Below are positions 31,017-46,800 of a stretch of DNA of 64,000 bases, piece by piece. Numbering within the stretch: position 1 is the stretch's first letter; every line of letters begins with the position of its first letter. Source of the stretch: Eledone cirrhosa (lineage: Eukaryota); assembly GCA_964016885.1 (NCBI GenBank), contig OZ024743.1, positions 191,828,001 to 191,892,000 of the forward strand. Reading direction: 5' to 3'. Made by a program: the position numbers and the translations under genes. Below the pieces are notes generated by a model. The model was not told the origin of the DNA. It saw only the letters and a list, made by a program, of their open reading frames with translations, and searched no databases.

Positions 31017-32056
31017 TACTTCTCTTCATCATCTATATTAATGACATCACTGACATCATCAAACACAGCAACATTAAAATTTTCGCTGATGATTCCAAGC
31101 TCCAAAAGGTCATCAATGGCGTGGATGACCGGATAAGCCTTCAGTCAGACCTACTGGCTGTTACCCAATGGGCAGAAAAGAACAACATGTTACTGAACGA
31201 AGACAAATTCGAACTGATCCACTTTGGAAAAGAGGATGCTCTGAAACTCCCGTACTCCCTTCCCTCCGGGGAAACTCTCGTGGCATCTAACAACATCAGA
31301 GACTTGGGAGTAACCGTGGACAGCAACATAAGCTGGACCACGCATATAAGCAGCAAAGTTGACATGGCCCGCAGAATGTGTTCCTGGATCCTCAGAACCT
31401 TCCAGTCGAGAGATTCCCGCACCATTATCCTTCTCTTCTCTACTTTCGCCCGACCACACCTTGAATACTGTTGTCCACTGTGGTCTCCCCACACGAAACA
31501 AAGTATCATGAAACTTGAAGCTCCTCAAAGGGCAATCACGAAAAAGATAGATGGCATGTCAGACCTTGACTACTGGGGTCGATTGGAAAACCTGAAACTT
31601 TACTCACTCCAACGTCGCCGTGAGCGTTATATTATCTGCATGATGTGGAAAATGTTCCATCATCACTGCCCAAATGATGTTGGCATCGCCTTCAAGATAC
31701 ACCCAAGGCTTGGGTACCGTGCTATCCGTCCCATTCAAAAATCTAAATCGCAACTCATAACAACAATACGGCACAATTATTTCACCTCAATCGGCCCTGC
31801 TCTCTTCAACATCACACCAGGACACGTCAAAACAGAAACTGACCACACAAAATTCAAGAAGTCTTTGGACAAATTCCTCCAAGTAATCCCGGACAAACCA
31901 CCCACACCCGGATATGTCTCCGCAAACAGTAATTCTCTTCTCGAATGGGCCATGGTGCCCAAATCCTGAATTGAAAGACTTCGCCAGGTGGTGCTATTAA
32001 GTTAGACATGGCCTGGGCCAATACTGGCCAAAACATTTCAAAGTTATTCAAAGTTA
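31017..32056 (+). mobile_element. 5'-truncated CR1-group LINE; RT C-terminal half in an open frame
   Basis: LLFIIYINDI..IKIFADDSKL..LQSDL..W..N.DKF..RDLGV..RPHLEYC..LW.P..LKLYSLQRRRER; tail (TTCAAAGTTA)2. Confidence 0.9.
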
Positions 32057-32312
32057 TATATATAAATATATATATATATAAATATATATATATAAATATA
32101 TATATATAAATATATATATATATAAATATAAATATATATAAATATAAATATATATAAATATAAATATATATATATATAAATATATATATATATAAATAAG
32201 TTGAAAAAAAATGAAAACGAAATTTCATTTCTCACTCTTAGTATGGCACTTACTTAAATGTAAGTATGTATGTATACGTACATACATATATGTATACAGA
32301 CGTACAGTAGCA

Positions 32313-32364
<52 letters not shown>

Positions 32365-32530
32365 CATATATACATACATACAGGTACACATACATATATG
32401 CACGCATCAGTTTAGCGGACGCTTATTATAACGCCGCTTTGTTCGTTTGTAAACAAACTGAACAGCCTGAATTTATGCCATACGGTGTTAGGGCAACCAC
32501 GTCACCTTTTTGTTCAACACTGACACAGGA

Positions 32531-32573
32531 ACGATGTACTAGTTTCAAGCTTGTTAGCTATCATCAGCACCGT
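32531..32573 (-). ncRNA. Hammerhead ribozyme, array copy 3
   Basis: Identical core; stem I ACGGTG/CATCGT. Confidence 0.9.
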
Positions 32574-32809
32574 ATACCCATCTGCCAGATAGTTGAACGT
32601 TCGCAAGTATATACTTTCCTTATGAAAATTAACGGCTGAGCAGCCTAATTTGCATATTGAATGAGTTAAATCGGTCAGGCATACCGAAAACGATAAGTTG
32701 AAAAAAAATGAAAACGAAATTTCATTTCTCACTCTTAGTATGGCACTTACTTAAATGTAAGTATGTATGTATACGTACATACATATATGTATACAGACGT
32801 ACAGTAGCA

Positions 32810-32877
<68 letters not shown>

Positions 32878-32898
32878 CATATATATATATATATATAT

Positions 32899-32955
<57 letters not shown>

Positions 32956-33105
32956 CAGGTACACATACATATATGCACGCATCAGTTTAGCGGACGCTTA
33001 TTATAACGCCGGTTTGTTCGTTTGTAAACAAACTGAACAGCCTGAATTTATGCCATACGGTGTTAAGGCAACCACGTCACCTTTTTGTTCAACACTGACA
33101 CAGGA

Positions 33106-33148
33106 ACGATGTACTAGTTTCAAGCTTGTTAGCTATCATCAGCACCGT
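33106..33148 (-). ncRNA. Hammerhead ribozyme, array copy 4
   Basis: Identical core; stem I ACGGTG/CATCGT. Confidence 0.9.
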
Positions 33149-33183
33149 TTACCCATCTGCCAGATAGTTGAACGTTCGAAAGT

Positions 33184-33210
33184 ATATATATATATATATA
33201 AATATATATA

Positions 33211-33242
<32 letters not shown>

Positions 33243-33257
33243 AATATATATAAATAT

Positions 33258-33306
<49 letters not shown>

Positions 33307-33741
33307 AATATATATAAATATATATATATATATATAAATATATATAAATATATATATATATATAAATATATATAAATATATATATATATATAAATATATA
33401 TAAATATATATATATATATATAAATATATATAAATATATATATATATAAATATATATAAATATATATATATATAAATATATATATATATAAATATATATA
33501 AATATATATATATATAAATATATATATATAAATATATATAAATATATATATATATATAAATATATAAATATATATAAATATATATATAAATATATATAAA
33601 TATAAATATATATATATAAATATATATAAATATATATATATATATAAATATATAAATATATATAAATATATATATAAATATATATAAATATAAATATATA
33701 AATATATATAAATATATAAATATATATATAAATATATATAA

Positions 33742-33788
<47 letters not shown>

Positions 33789-33795
33789 TATATAT

Positions 33796-33848
<53 letters not shown>
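33184..33848. repeat. (TA)n array with TAAA interruptions
   Basis: Directly visible; continues at 34340-34950. Confidence 0.95.
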
Positions 33849-33849
<1 letters not shown>

Positions 33850-34339
33850 GGACATCCTGCAGGACTAAAAACAAAACCTGTCAAAGGGCAAAGGAGCTCT
33901 TAAGAGTCAATGGCCATCCAAAATCACTGGGAGAGATGACCCCTTAGCCTTTGTCAAGGCAGAATTCTAGGAGAAGGAAAACTCTGATATAACACCTGCA
34001 ACCCTGATGATATCCAATGATGTTGACTTGTTCTTCTTTTTGGTAAATATCATCTTGGTTAAGAGAGTGGGAATGGCTTTGTGCAGTGCCTTTGCTCACT
34101 ATAAAAGCTTCACGGCACAGGCATTGCTTTATATCTGGAGATCTCTCTGCACTTGTCGTCACATGGTACCATGGGCCCAGCAGTATGTGTCAATAATTGT
34201 CACAAGTGTAGTGTTTGTACCAAAGTTTTCAAGTCGCTGGCCGGACTGAAAAGTCACACTCGTTCAGCACATCGGTAGGGTTCTCCTACATGGATATAAA
34301 GTAGTGGCCGTACTCGAAAACGAGTTGGCAGCCACCATG
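33849..34339 (+). mobile_element. Longer copy of the element with an RTE-like 3' end
   Basis: 34022-34339 is the reverse complement of 17198-17513; [23 protein letters not shown]. Confidence 0.65.
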
Positions 34340-34344
34340 TAAAT

Positions 34345-34457
<113 letters not shown>

Positions 34458-34498
34458 AATATATATATATAATTAAGTTAATTTCGTTTCGTTATTTG

Positions 34499-34564
<66 letters not shown>

Positions 34565-34633
34565 TATATATATACCCATCTGCCAGATAGTTGAACGTTC
34601 GAAAGTATATATATATATATATAAATATATATA

Positions 34634-34665
<32 letters not shown>

Positions 34666-34885
34666 AATATATATAAATATATTTATATATATAAATATAT
34701 ATATATATATAAATGTATATATATATATAAATATATATATAAATATATATATAAATATATATATATATAAATATATATATAAATATATATATAAATATAT
34801 ATATATATATAAATATATAAATATATATATAAATATATATATATATATAAATATATATATATATAAATATATATATAAATATATT

Positions 34886-34946
<61 letters not shown>

Positions 34947-35114
34947 ATATATTGTTATACTTTGGGAGGGTCATGTTGCCAATAAGAAACACACGCACCA
35001 ATTGCTTTCACTTCAATTTATTATATATTTATAAATTTATAAATTTACAAATCTACAAACTTATAAATTTCTGGTTGGTTGGTTGGTTCCACAACAACAT
35101 AGTTGTTTATATAT

Positions 35115-35159
35115 AGTCATAGTCCTTTCGTCACACACTCTGTGACCTCTTCAGTGACT
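35115..35159 (-). ncRNA. Minimal type I hammerhead ribozyme
   Basis: AGTCA CTGAAGA g GTCAC agagtgt GTGAC GAAA ggac TA TGACT. Confidence 0.85.
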
Positions 35160-35197
35160 GGGGATTCCTTTCTTTGTTTCTGTGCCTTTCCTTTCTT

Positions 35198-35233
35198 CTG
35201 TCCTACGCCATTTTCGAAAATGGCGTAGGACAG
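35198..35233. repeat. Perfect 36 bp palindrome
   Basis: CTGTCCTACGCCATTTTC-GAAAATGGCGTAGGACAG. Confidence 0.95.
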
Positions 35234-35483
35234 TTGCATTTTCGATTTCATCTCTTTTTCTTTATATATATATGGGAGAAAAACCACAGACCCTCCATCT
35301 CAACTCACCTTTTGAAAAGCAGAAGAACTGCGAAACCGGTAAAGGAACCAAATAAATATATATATTTTTTGAAAAAATAAGTCTCCAGTTGCATTTTCGA
35401 TTTCATCTCTTTTTCTTTATACTTTCACTCGTGTAGGACACCTCGGTTATTTTTCATTTTGTAAAAAAAAACCTCACTTTCTA

Positions 35484-39037
<3,554 letters not shown>

Positions 39038-39114
39038 GGAAAAATTTGAACAGGGACAAAACAGAGAGGCAGTACAACGAATGTTTATTAATTTCACGCT
39101 CTGGAGAGTGGGGT

Positions 39115-39155
<41 letters not shown>

Positions 39156-39313
39156 TAGGCGCGGGTGTATATTGTATGTGACCTAGATAAAATTGATTTA
39201 TTGACTCATAAAGAAAAGAAAATTACATACAAACCCTGAGAATATTATTTTGATATACCCAACGTGATAGAAATATATTTCCAACATAACCCGTCAAATG
39301 TTAGACAACCCTC

Positions 39314-39382
<69 letters not shown>

Positions 39383-39385
<3 letters not shown>

Positions 39386-40420
39386 TAGTCAACGAGGCAA
39401 CAGTCAAATCGCCAAAGCCAGATTGCGCTAACAATTTTAATTAGTACATCGAGCTTACAGAATGACAGTTTAAAGAACGCTGTAACAACCATGCGGCATC
39501 ATTCCGATCTGGGAGAAAAAGAACACGGCTGAAATTTCCAGCTATGTATGGAAGCTGAAAGAGGACTCTACTGATTACAACATCAGTTGGAAAATAGCAG
39601 GAAAATGTAAGCCTAACGTCAATGGTTCTAAGAGGTGCAGGTTCTGCAATACTGAGAGGTGGCTTATATAGAAAAATTTGCTGGATCAAAACTCATGCCT
39701 CAACTGGGGAATGAGATATGTAATCGATGCCCACATAACACAAATTATATACTCCAGTTTTGGTAACTAAACCACTAGACACCCACCAGCCACCACGGAC
39801 AACATGACCCACGACCACCGGATAACCACACCAAACTTCGATAAATGAAGCACTCCAGCATAAAAGAACTGCTGATTCTTTATGCTATGATCATTTATAG
39901 TGGCAAACTGTTTTACATCTATTTCTGCGTTTGACTTCCTTGCACTTCCATGAAATACATACACGGGTTTATGCGGATATGTGTGTATGTACATATCTGT
40001 GTGAGCGAGTATATACATATACGTGTGTATGAGTAAGTGCATATATACGTAGCCGTGTAGATATATGTGTGTGTTCGTGTGTCTGTATGGTGTGTGCGCG
40101 CGTGTCTGAATGGTGTGTGTGTGTGTATATATACATGTTTTCAAAAGGATATTTTTTATAAGGAACAATACTGGAGTGTGTGTTTGTGTGTGTGTGTGTG
40201 GTGCAAATCAAACCGACTACAACACCATTATTAACTATCAAATCAATAAACAATGGTTTTGTAGGCCTCTTCCTTCTGACAACCAATCTTTCCTATTGCA
40301 ACCTATTGGTCCAGGATTTTACCTGATCGATGTTAAGCAATACCTGAGTTACAGCAAATTACATCAGATGAAATAATGTTCTCCATTGAAATGGCTACCG
40401 TAAATCAATACAGGTTGTGT
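39383..40420 (+). mobile_element. Degenerate 5'-truncated PLE (GIY-YIG remnant + 3' region)
   Basis: IVNEATV..YIELTE*QFKERCNNHAASFR..YVWKLK..YNISWKI..CRFCNTE..CPH over 39385-39770. Confidence 0.8.
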
Positions 40421-40589
40421 GAAAAGAGACTGAGGATGAGAGATAGTGAAAGTAAGAGAGAGAAACTCGTTTCGCTTATCTGCTTGTTCTGAGTTCAATT
40501 GTAATCGATGGCAGGCTGGTGGATTCAGTCAGCCTGATCGATAGTTCTTTAAAGTAAGAACAAAAAACAACCATATCAATAATAATCAT

Positions 40590-40795
40590 AATAATGGTTT
40601 CTGATTTAGGCATAAGGACAAAAATGTTGTGGGGGAGGAAAAAGTCGATTAAATCGACCTTAGTACGTTGCTGGTGCTTTTTTTATCGATACCGTAAGGA
40701 TGAAATGTAAAGCTAACCTTGGTGGGATTTGAACTCAGAACATAAAGGGCTGCAACTCCATACCACAAAGCATGGTGTCCGACACTTTACCAACC
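40590..40795 (-). mobile_element. tRNA-derived SINE
   Basis: Reverse complement of the family (GGGATTTGAACTCAG, AAGGATGAAA). Confidence 0.8.
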
Positions 40796-40799
40796 TCGT

Positions 40800-42465
40800 T
40801 ACTAGCATCTGGCCAAAATCTTAAATTCTGTGTTTAGCAGATTTATGAGCCTGGAGCTATCTAAAACATCCCTCTTATTCTCGTTATTCCTCCTCAGTGT
40901 ACTACAGAACTGGGAATTCTCCTGATCTGCTCACAGTTGCAGAATACGGCTTGGAGGAGATCGCAGTACAAGTCTGGCATATCTAAGTAAGACTTATAGG
41001 GCAGACCATCTAAACTGGATGATTTGCGCCTGATACAGTTGAATAACGTTTCCCGAATCTGTTGTTGTTGCAGAACTCCCCATCATTCACCGAGAGTCCC
41101 GGCAGGTCGTCAAGTAAGGAATTGAAATCCGCTACCGTGTCCGATCCCCCGCTCTCTCCGAAAAGCCACAGACATCTGCCTGGAACCAACCTGCACGTGC
41201 TCGTCTCGGTCCGTTTTGTTGTCACGCTGCGCATCTGCCAATCGGCTCCCTGTTTACGTGTTTTCTCTAGGGCGAGCATATAGATCATCAAAGCAACCAT
41301 TTGAAAATGTTGACACTATGTTATTCCTATCTGCTAGCCCAATAAAAAGCTTATCTATATACGATCTAGATGACCCTATGCGGATGGTCCAGATAGACAC
41401 TGGCGCATTCAACAAATGTAGTAGGTACCTGTCAGATAGTTTGTACTACGGGATCCGGTACTTGAGGCTTTTGCATCCTCCGCTTCTATCTGCAACACCC
41501 ACACAAACCCAGCGTGCATCCAGGAGGCCGCGCCAGTTCCCCACTAACAGTAAAGGGCGTGACGTTCCTAGAAAGTCTTCCTGAAGCCTAAGAAATCCGA
41601 CTGTCTAGCTCCGATTGGGGCGTAGACTGCCACCAGTCGGCACCACCTTCGCTATTGTTGACGTCCAGGACCACCAAACTACCACCACGGTTCAAGATCT
41701 CCATACCTTGAGATTCAGGCCTTTCCTAAAAAGCACTGCCACTCTGCCTCCCATTCCAGGACGATTAAGAGATACAAAGATCTCAGAGTCGTCACATTCG
41801 TAGAGGGCAGTGAGCATCATTCCAGATGCCAGGTGCCCGGTCTCAGTCACTTCTTGACCCAGGACTGCAGCTCAGTCAAAGAGACGAGCTGTGGATAAGC
41901 CTGTCTCACTGACGGCGACCACACATGTTTGCCGTTTAAGAATATCTGAACATGACGTAGCCTCAGCGCATGTTTGCCATAATCATCCACGGCTTGCCCA
42001 GTCCTCCATGTAGAGCGTTCTGGCAGCAGATGGACCGCCTCACCAATAGAACCTGTTCCTTCCACAAAAAGTGGAAGAGCAGACGTTCCAATTTGTTGAG
42101 GTGCAAACAGGGGCAAGGCACGACGATCTGTCGGTAGTTGATGACGAACGTGATGTACGTTTTCGCCGCCTCCGCCCGATCTTTTGGGGTTAGCTTCCTC
42201 TCAGGAGATACGACAATCTGATAGTCAACGAAAATGGGGGCTAGTTCGCGCGTGTCGAAAATTCTGCCCCCGCTGGTGGGAGTCACATCCATATCCGGTC
42301 GGGAATCGGAGGTGGGATGGCAGTGCTCTTTAGGAAAGGCCAGTGCCTCGAGGTAAAGACTTTCTTGCTGGATCCGGATGATAAGTTGGTGGTTCTGGAC
42401 GTGAGCAATAACGAAGGTGGTGCCTATAAACTGGTAGCCGTCTACGTCCCTTATGAGGCCGCAGG
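40800..42465. mobile_element. Scrambled L1/Tx1-like ORF2 fragments, mostly minus; 42230-42465 plus
   Basis: VADFNSLLDDLPGL; EN motifs GVAVLFRKG..LVVLDV..LVAVY; CCQ..LHGGLG.PW; FSPELINLLNTEFKILA-like. Confidence 0.8.
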
Positions 42466-42965
42466 GCAGGTCTGCCATACGAAAGGGCTTGAACGTCGTA
42501 ATACTTCATCTGTTCTTCTCTAAAATACGGCAGTCGTTATTTCTATAGATCGGATTATTTCAGAAACCTTCAATCTATAATCAAAGAAGATTGCTTTGGT
42601 GTGGATTAACATTGCCCTCTACCCGCTTGATTGCTTCAAACCGGCATTGCAAAATAACAAAAGAATTGCTAAATGCACACTGTGGAGTGAGAGGAAAATG
42701 CCTTAGTTATGTACATATTACAATGATAGTGTGGTAGTGACAAGTTACGAACCCAATATTTATCAGTTACTAGCTACGTTAAATTATCATATTGATCTGG
42801 ACACCTGTTGTACTTTCTGATAAACATATAGAAACAGTAAATTTCAATTTGGCAGTAAGTATCCAGAAACTAACAACAATGTGCTCTGGTTTAACCTTTA
42901 ACCACATTGAAATACAGATATGAGTAATTTACTGGATATTTTTCCTATGAAAGAAAATAATAATA

Positions 42966-43400
42966 ATTAGCAGAATGGCCCGCGTTGCTCGGGATTCTAA
43001 ACATAGATTGGTATGTTTATCCCTCCTTTCTGAAACAGCTTCGTCGTATGTTCACCAATTGATGCATAAGTCCTAATAAAAAGTGAAGTCGCCTTGAGTG
43101 AATAGGCAAATAATTTTCCATTAAGATTTTTCAAAAGCATGTAATTGCGTTCCCTCTCTTTTTGTTGTTTTTGCTGTTGTTGGTGTGATAGCGGCCTTTG
43201 GTCGTACTACTAACACATTCTGTTATTGTGTATGCAAAAATATCTGTACACGAATATATAATTATATATATATATATATATATTAAAATAAAAGATTAAA
43301 GTTTAAGCGAAGAATCGGTGCTTTCACCCTTAGCGGGATATTCTGAAACTATCAAAATCAATCTGTGTACGCAGAAGTAAATATTTCGAAAAATGTTACA

Positions 43401-43456
<56 letters not shown>

Positions 43457-43702
43457 TATATACACACACAGATAGTGTCATAATGTCGTAATGCAGACAG
43501 CCAGACATACAGGCAGATATTATAACGGCGCGACGTTTGCGGTCCATAGTGCATTGAAAATTTGAAATATGTTTTGCTCAAAACACTCACATGACCATAA
43601 GTATTACATGTGTAAAGTTTGAAAAAAAATCGGTTGGGTGGTTCTCGAGTTTTAGGGGGTCAGGCAGACAGACAAACATTCTCTGTTTTATATATATAGA
43701 TA
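42966..43702 (+). mobile_element. Probable non-autonomous Helitron-like element interrupted by a PLE terminal fragment
   Basis: 5' TAGCAGAATGGCCCGCGTTGCTCGGG; 3' AAGTTTGAAAAAAAATCGG..CAGACAGACAAAC..TTTATATATATAGAT resemble recalled Lep1-like Helitron termini; not verified. Confidence 0.45.
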
Positions 43703-43797
43703 ATTGTTTCTACTTTTGGCGCACAAGGCCAGCAATTACCCAGTGCATTACTGGTACTTTATTTTATCGACCCCGTAAGGATTAAAGACAAAGTTAG
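43703..43797 (-). mobile_element. SINE 3' fragment
   Basis: CACAAGGCCAG..CTGGTACTTT..TCGACCCCGTAAGGAT; near-identical fragment at 50420-50512. Confidence 0.8.
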
Positions 43798-43809
43798 ATA
43801 TATAGATAA

Positions 43810-46800
43810 TGGTTTCTTTACTGGCCACAAGGGCTAACATGAAGAAAAACATTACTGACGGCACAGGACGATACAAAGTGGGTTTTGCCGTGTAAAAAGG
43901 TTATAACAAGACAGAAACGTGGAAAAACAAATTAAAAAACTTCAAACAACAAAAATTCCCCCAAAAGGGGGAAGCCTCCGAGAGTCATTCGTGGCGAAAA
44001 TCACACAAAAGACGATGGCCAGCCTGACCACCAGGGCAAGCGCCCTCTCTCAGTTTTCCCACTCCTCAGTCTACAGGCGCATACTCAGAGTGGGCCCATT
44101 CACTCGGACCAGACTCGCTACTTTCACCCACCTTTCAACAAACTTACTAGAAGATAGCACTTGCCTCTCCATCCTGATTTTCCTCTTCAAGTGAAACTTG
44201 AAAGGGTTAATCAGGGATTGGCCGGAGAGGAAAGTGTCCGTCGTCAATCCTTTCAACCTTGTCCACCACACAATCTCTTTCGCCATGGCCACCAGGCAGT
44301 TGAAAACTACCTGCCCTTTCTCCTCTTTAAAGGAGGATGGCCGGGCTATCTGCACAATGGACTCAGTCGATAACCGGGTCCGTCCTACACACGACAGCAA
44401 CTATTCGACATAGCTTCACAAGTCAGCAATCCTCGGGCAATGAACGAGTGTGTGCAGGACGGTTTCGTCGCCCTGCGTGCACTCGGACAGGCTCGGCTGA
44501 CAGCACCTCCGTGCCTGTAGAGCTTACCCGAATCGGCAACGCCCCCGGTAACACTACCAGACCAGGGATTTCTGGAAGTTGTACATAGGCCCCGGGCTGA
44601 AAGTTCTCTTGAAGCGAGCGAACAGCTGATGGTCTTCGACGTCCCGGGTCTCGCCGAGAACGTCGTTGCTCTTCCTCTCCACTAGCCCTCTATAGAACGC
44701 CGAGGTAGATGTTCCACCGATATCAGTGCCCAGCTGGTAGAGGGCGGTGAGCGCTTGGAGACGTTCCAGCTGCCAAGCGCTATACCTCGGTCTTTTCCTG
44801 ATGCAGGACTGTAGCTCCGTCAAGGAAACAAGCTGGGGAAAAGCGCGTCTGGTAAACGGCGACGACACCTGTTCACCGTCAAGGAAGCACCAGAGATGTC
44901 GCAGCCTCAGCACATCATCAGCCACGGCATGCCCAGTCCTCCACGCAACGGGTGATGACCATGGGAGTACGTCAATTCCACAAAAAGCGAAAGAGAAGGC
45001 GCTCCATTATGGTCAGAGTTTGGCGGGGGCAAGGTACGACGGTCAGGAAGTAGCAGATGACGGACGTGATGAACGCATTCGCCACCTCCGCCCGACCTTT
45101 CAGAGACAGCCTCCTCTCGGCTCATTTCTGGGTGAGAGAGGTCACTCTGTTCGTCACCTCGCTCCAGTTTTTCTCCATCTGGAGGTTTGGATCGAACCAG
45201 ACCCCGAGCAATTTAACTGGTCCTTCCGTCCAGTGCCCCACGACGCTGTCGGACGGCATTGACATGCCTCTCCAGGTGCCGAGATGCAAGCCCACCGACT
45301 TTTCCTGGTTTACCTTTGCTCTTGTCATCGCTTCGTATTCCTTGAGAGTGGTGCCAAGCATCTGGACATTTTAGGTATTCTACACCACCACGGGGATGTC
45401 GTCGGCGCAAGCCGACACGGATCTCCCGCATCCCAGTTTGCGAGGAACCCCCCTCATGGTCTCCAATTTGTACAGTAATGGCTCGAGGGCCAGTACGTAC
45501 AAGGAGGACGAGAGGGGACAACCCTGGCGGACCGAGCGCATGAAGTTGAAAGGCTGCGACAGGTGACCATTCACTCTCACAATCTCTGCATCGCAACGAT
45601 CCAGCCCCTAAAGAGGGGCCCGAAGCCGGCCGCCTAGAGGGCCGCAGCCAGGTACTGATGGTCGACCCTATCAAATGCTTTAGATTGATCCAAGTTGATC
45701 AGGGCCTCTACCCGTGCCAGGTTCTTTAACCACCCTTTGTATGGTGTATCGCATGAGATGGAGGTTGTCGTGGATGGATCTATCCGGAATGGCGCATGTC
45801 AGCGCCTCTCCCACCAGATCACCGACGTCAAGCGCCAATCTCTTTGCTAACACCTTGGCCAAAATCTTAAACTCTGCGTTTAGCAGAGTTATGGGCCTGA
45901 AGTTGTTCGGGTCTTTTCTCAGCAGCGCCACCACTCCCCGGCTCACAAAACTGGTTAATGCTCCCGTACTGCTGCCAGTTGCAGTAGACATCTGCCAAGA
46001 CGTCACCGAACAAGTGTGGCATATACGCATAAATCTCGTAGGGTAGACCGTCCAAACCTGGTGATTTACCCCTCGTGCAGTCAGACATCGCTTCCCGTAT
46101 TTCACCTGTTGTTATCGGCTTTTCGCAGCACTGCGCTGCGGACGTCGAGAGACGCGGCAGTCTGTCGAGGTATACACCGAAGTCCATACTCCGATCCAGC
46201 CCGCCGCCGCTTCCGAACAATTGAGCAAAGTGCTGTTGAAAAGCCGCTCACATCTGCTCGGTTTCGAGCAACATGCGCCGTTTTGATCAGGCAAAGACCG
46301 AATTGTGGATTTGTTGCCACGTCGCGCCTCCACCACCCGAGTCCATTGAACGGCTTTCGCCCCCACTTGTCTTAGAGCACGCGCTTAGCTCGGACAACGC
46401 ATCCTCCTCAGTGTACTAACCCCACATAATCCCAGCGTGCATCTAAGATACCGTTCCATTCGCCCACTAACACTAAAGAGCGAGACGTTCCAAGAAAGGT
46501 CTCTAGACGTCTGAAGAAATCTGGCCGTCCAGCCGCAGTTGGGGCGTAGACGGCTACTAGCCTGAAAGCATTGCCTTCGCTGCCGACTTACTTTCTGGCT
46601 CCAGGAAGATGGCCCACATGGCGGATCCAAGCCTCTTCGAAAAAGCACAGCAACTCCTCCTCCTCCTCCCGATCCCGGATGACTGGGAGATGCGTACACA
46701 TCGTAACCGCCGAAGGTCGGTGCGAAGGCTCGTGCTTCGGAGATTCTGGTCTAGCTGATGGCCACCACATCTATGTTTATGGACCTGAGGTCGTTGAGCA

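Larger units (their letters stand above)
32196..33184 (-). mobile_element. Second tandem block of the HHR repeat (~2 units)
   Basis: Units start ~32196 and ~32695; highly similar to the 30 kb units; short remnant at 34573-34608. Confidence 0.85.

Noticed and set aside
40360-40405. CAGATGA..AATG/CATT-GAAA..TA at a PLE 3' end; similar CTCAAGGA..GAGACGTGTA at ~61083
   Set aside because: Core mutated and no stem I; possibly decayed HHRs, but not supportable.
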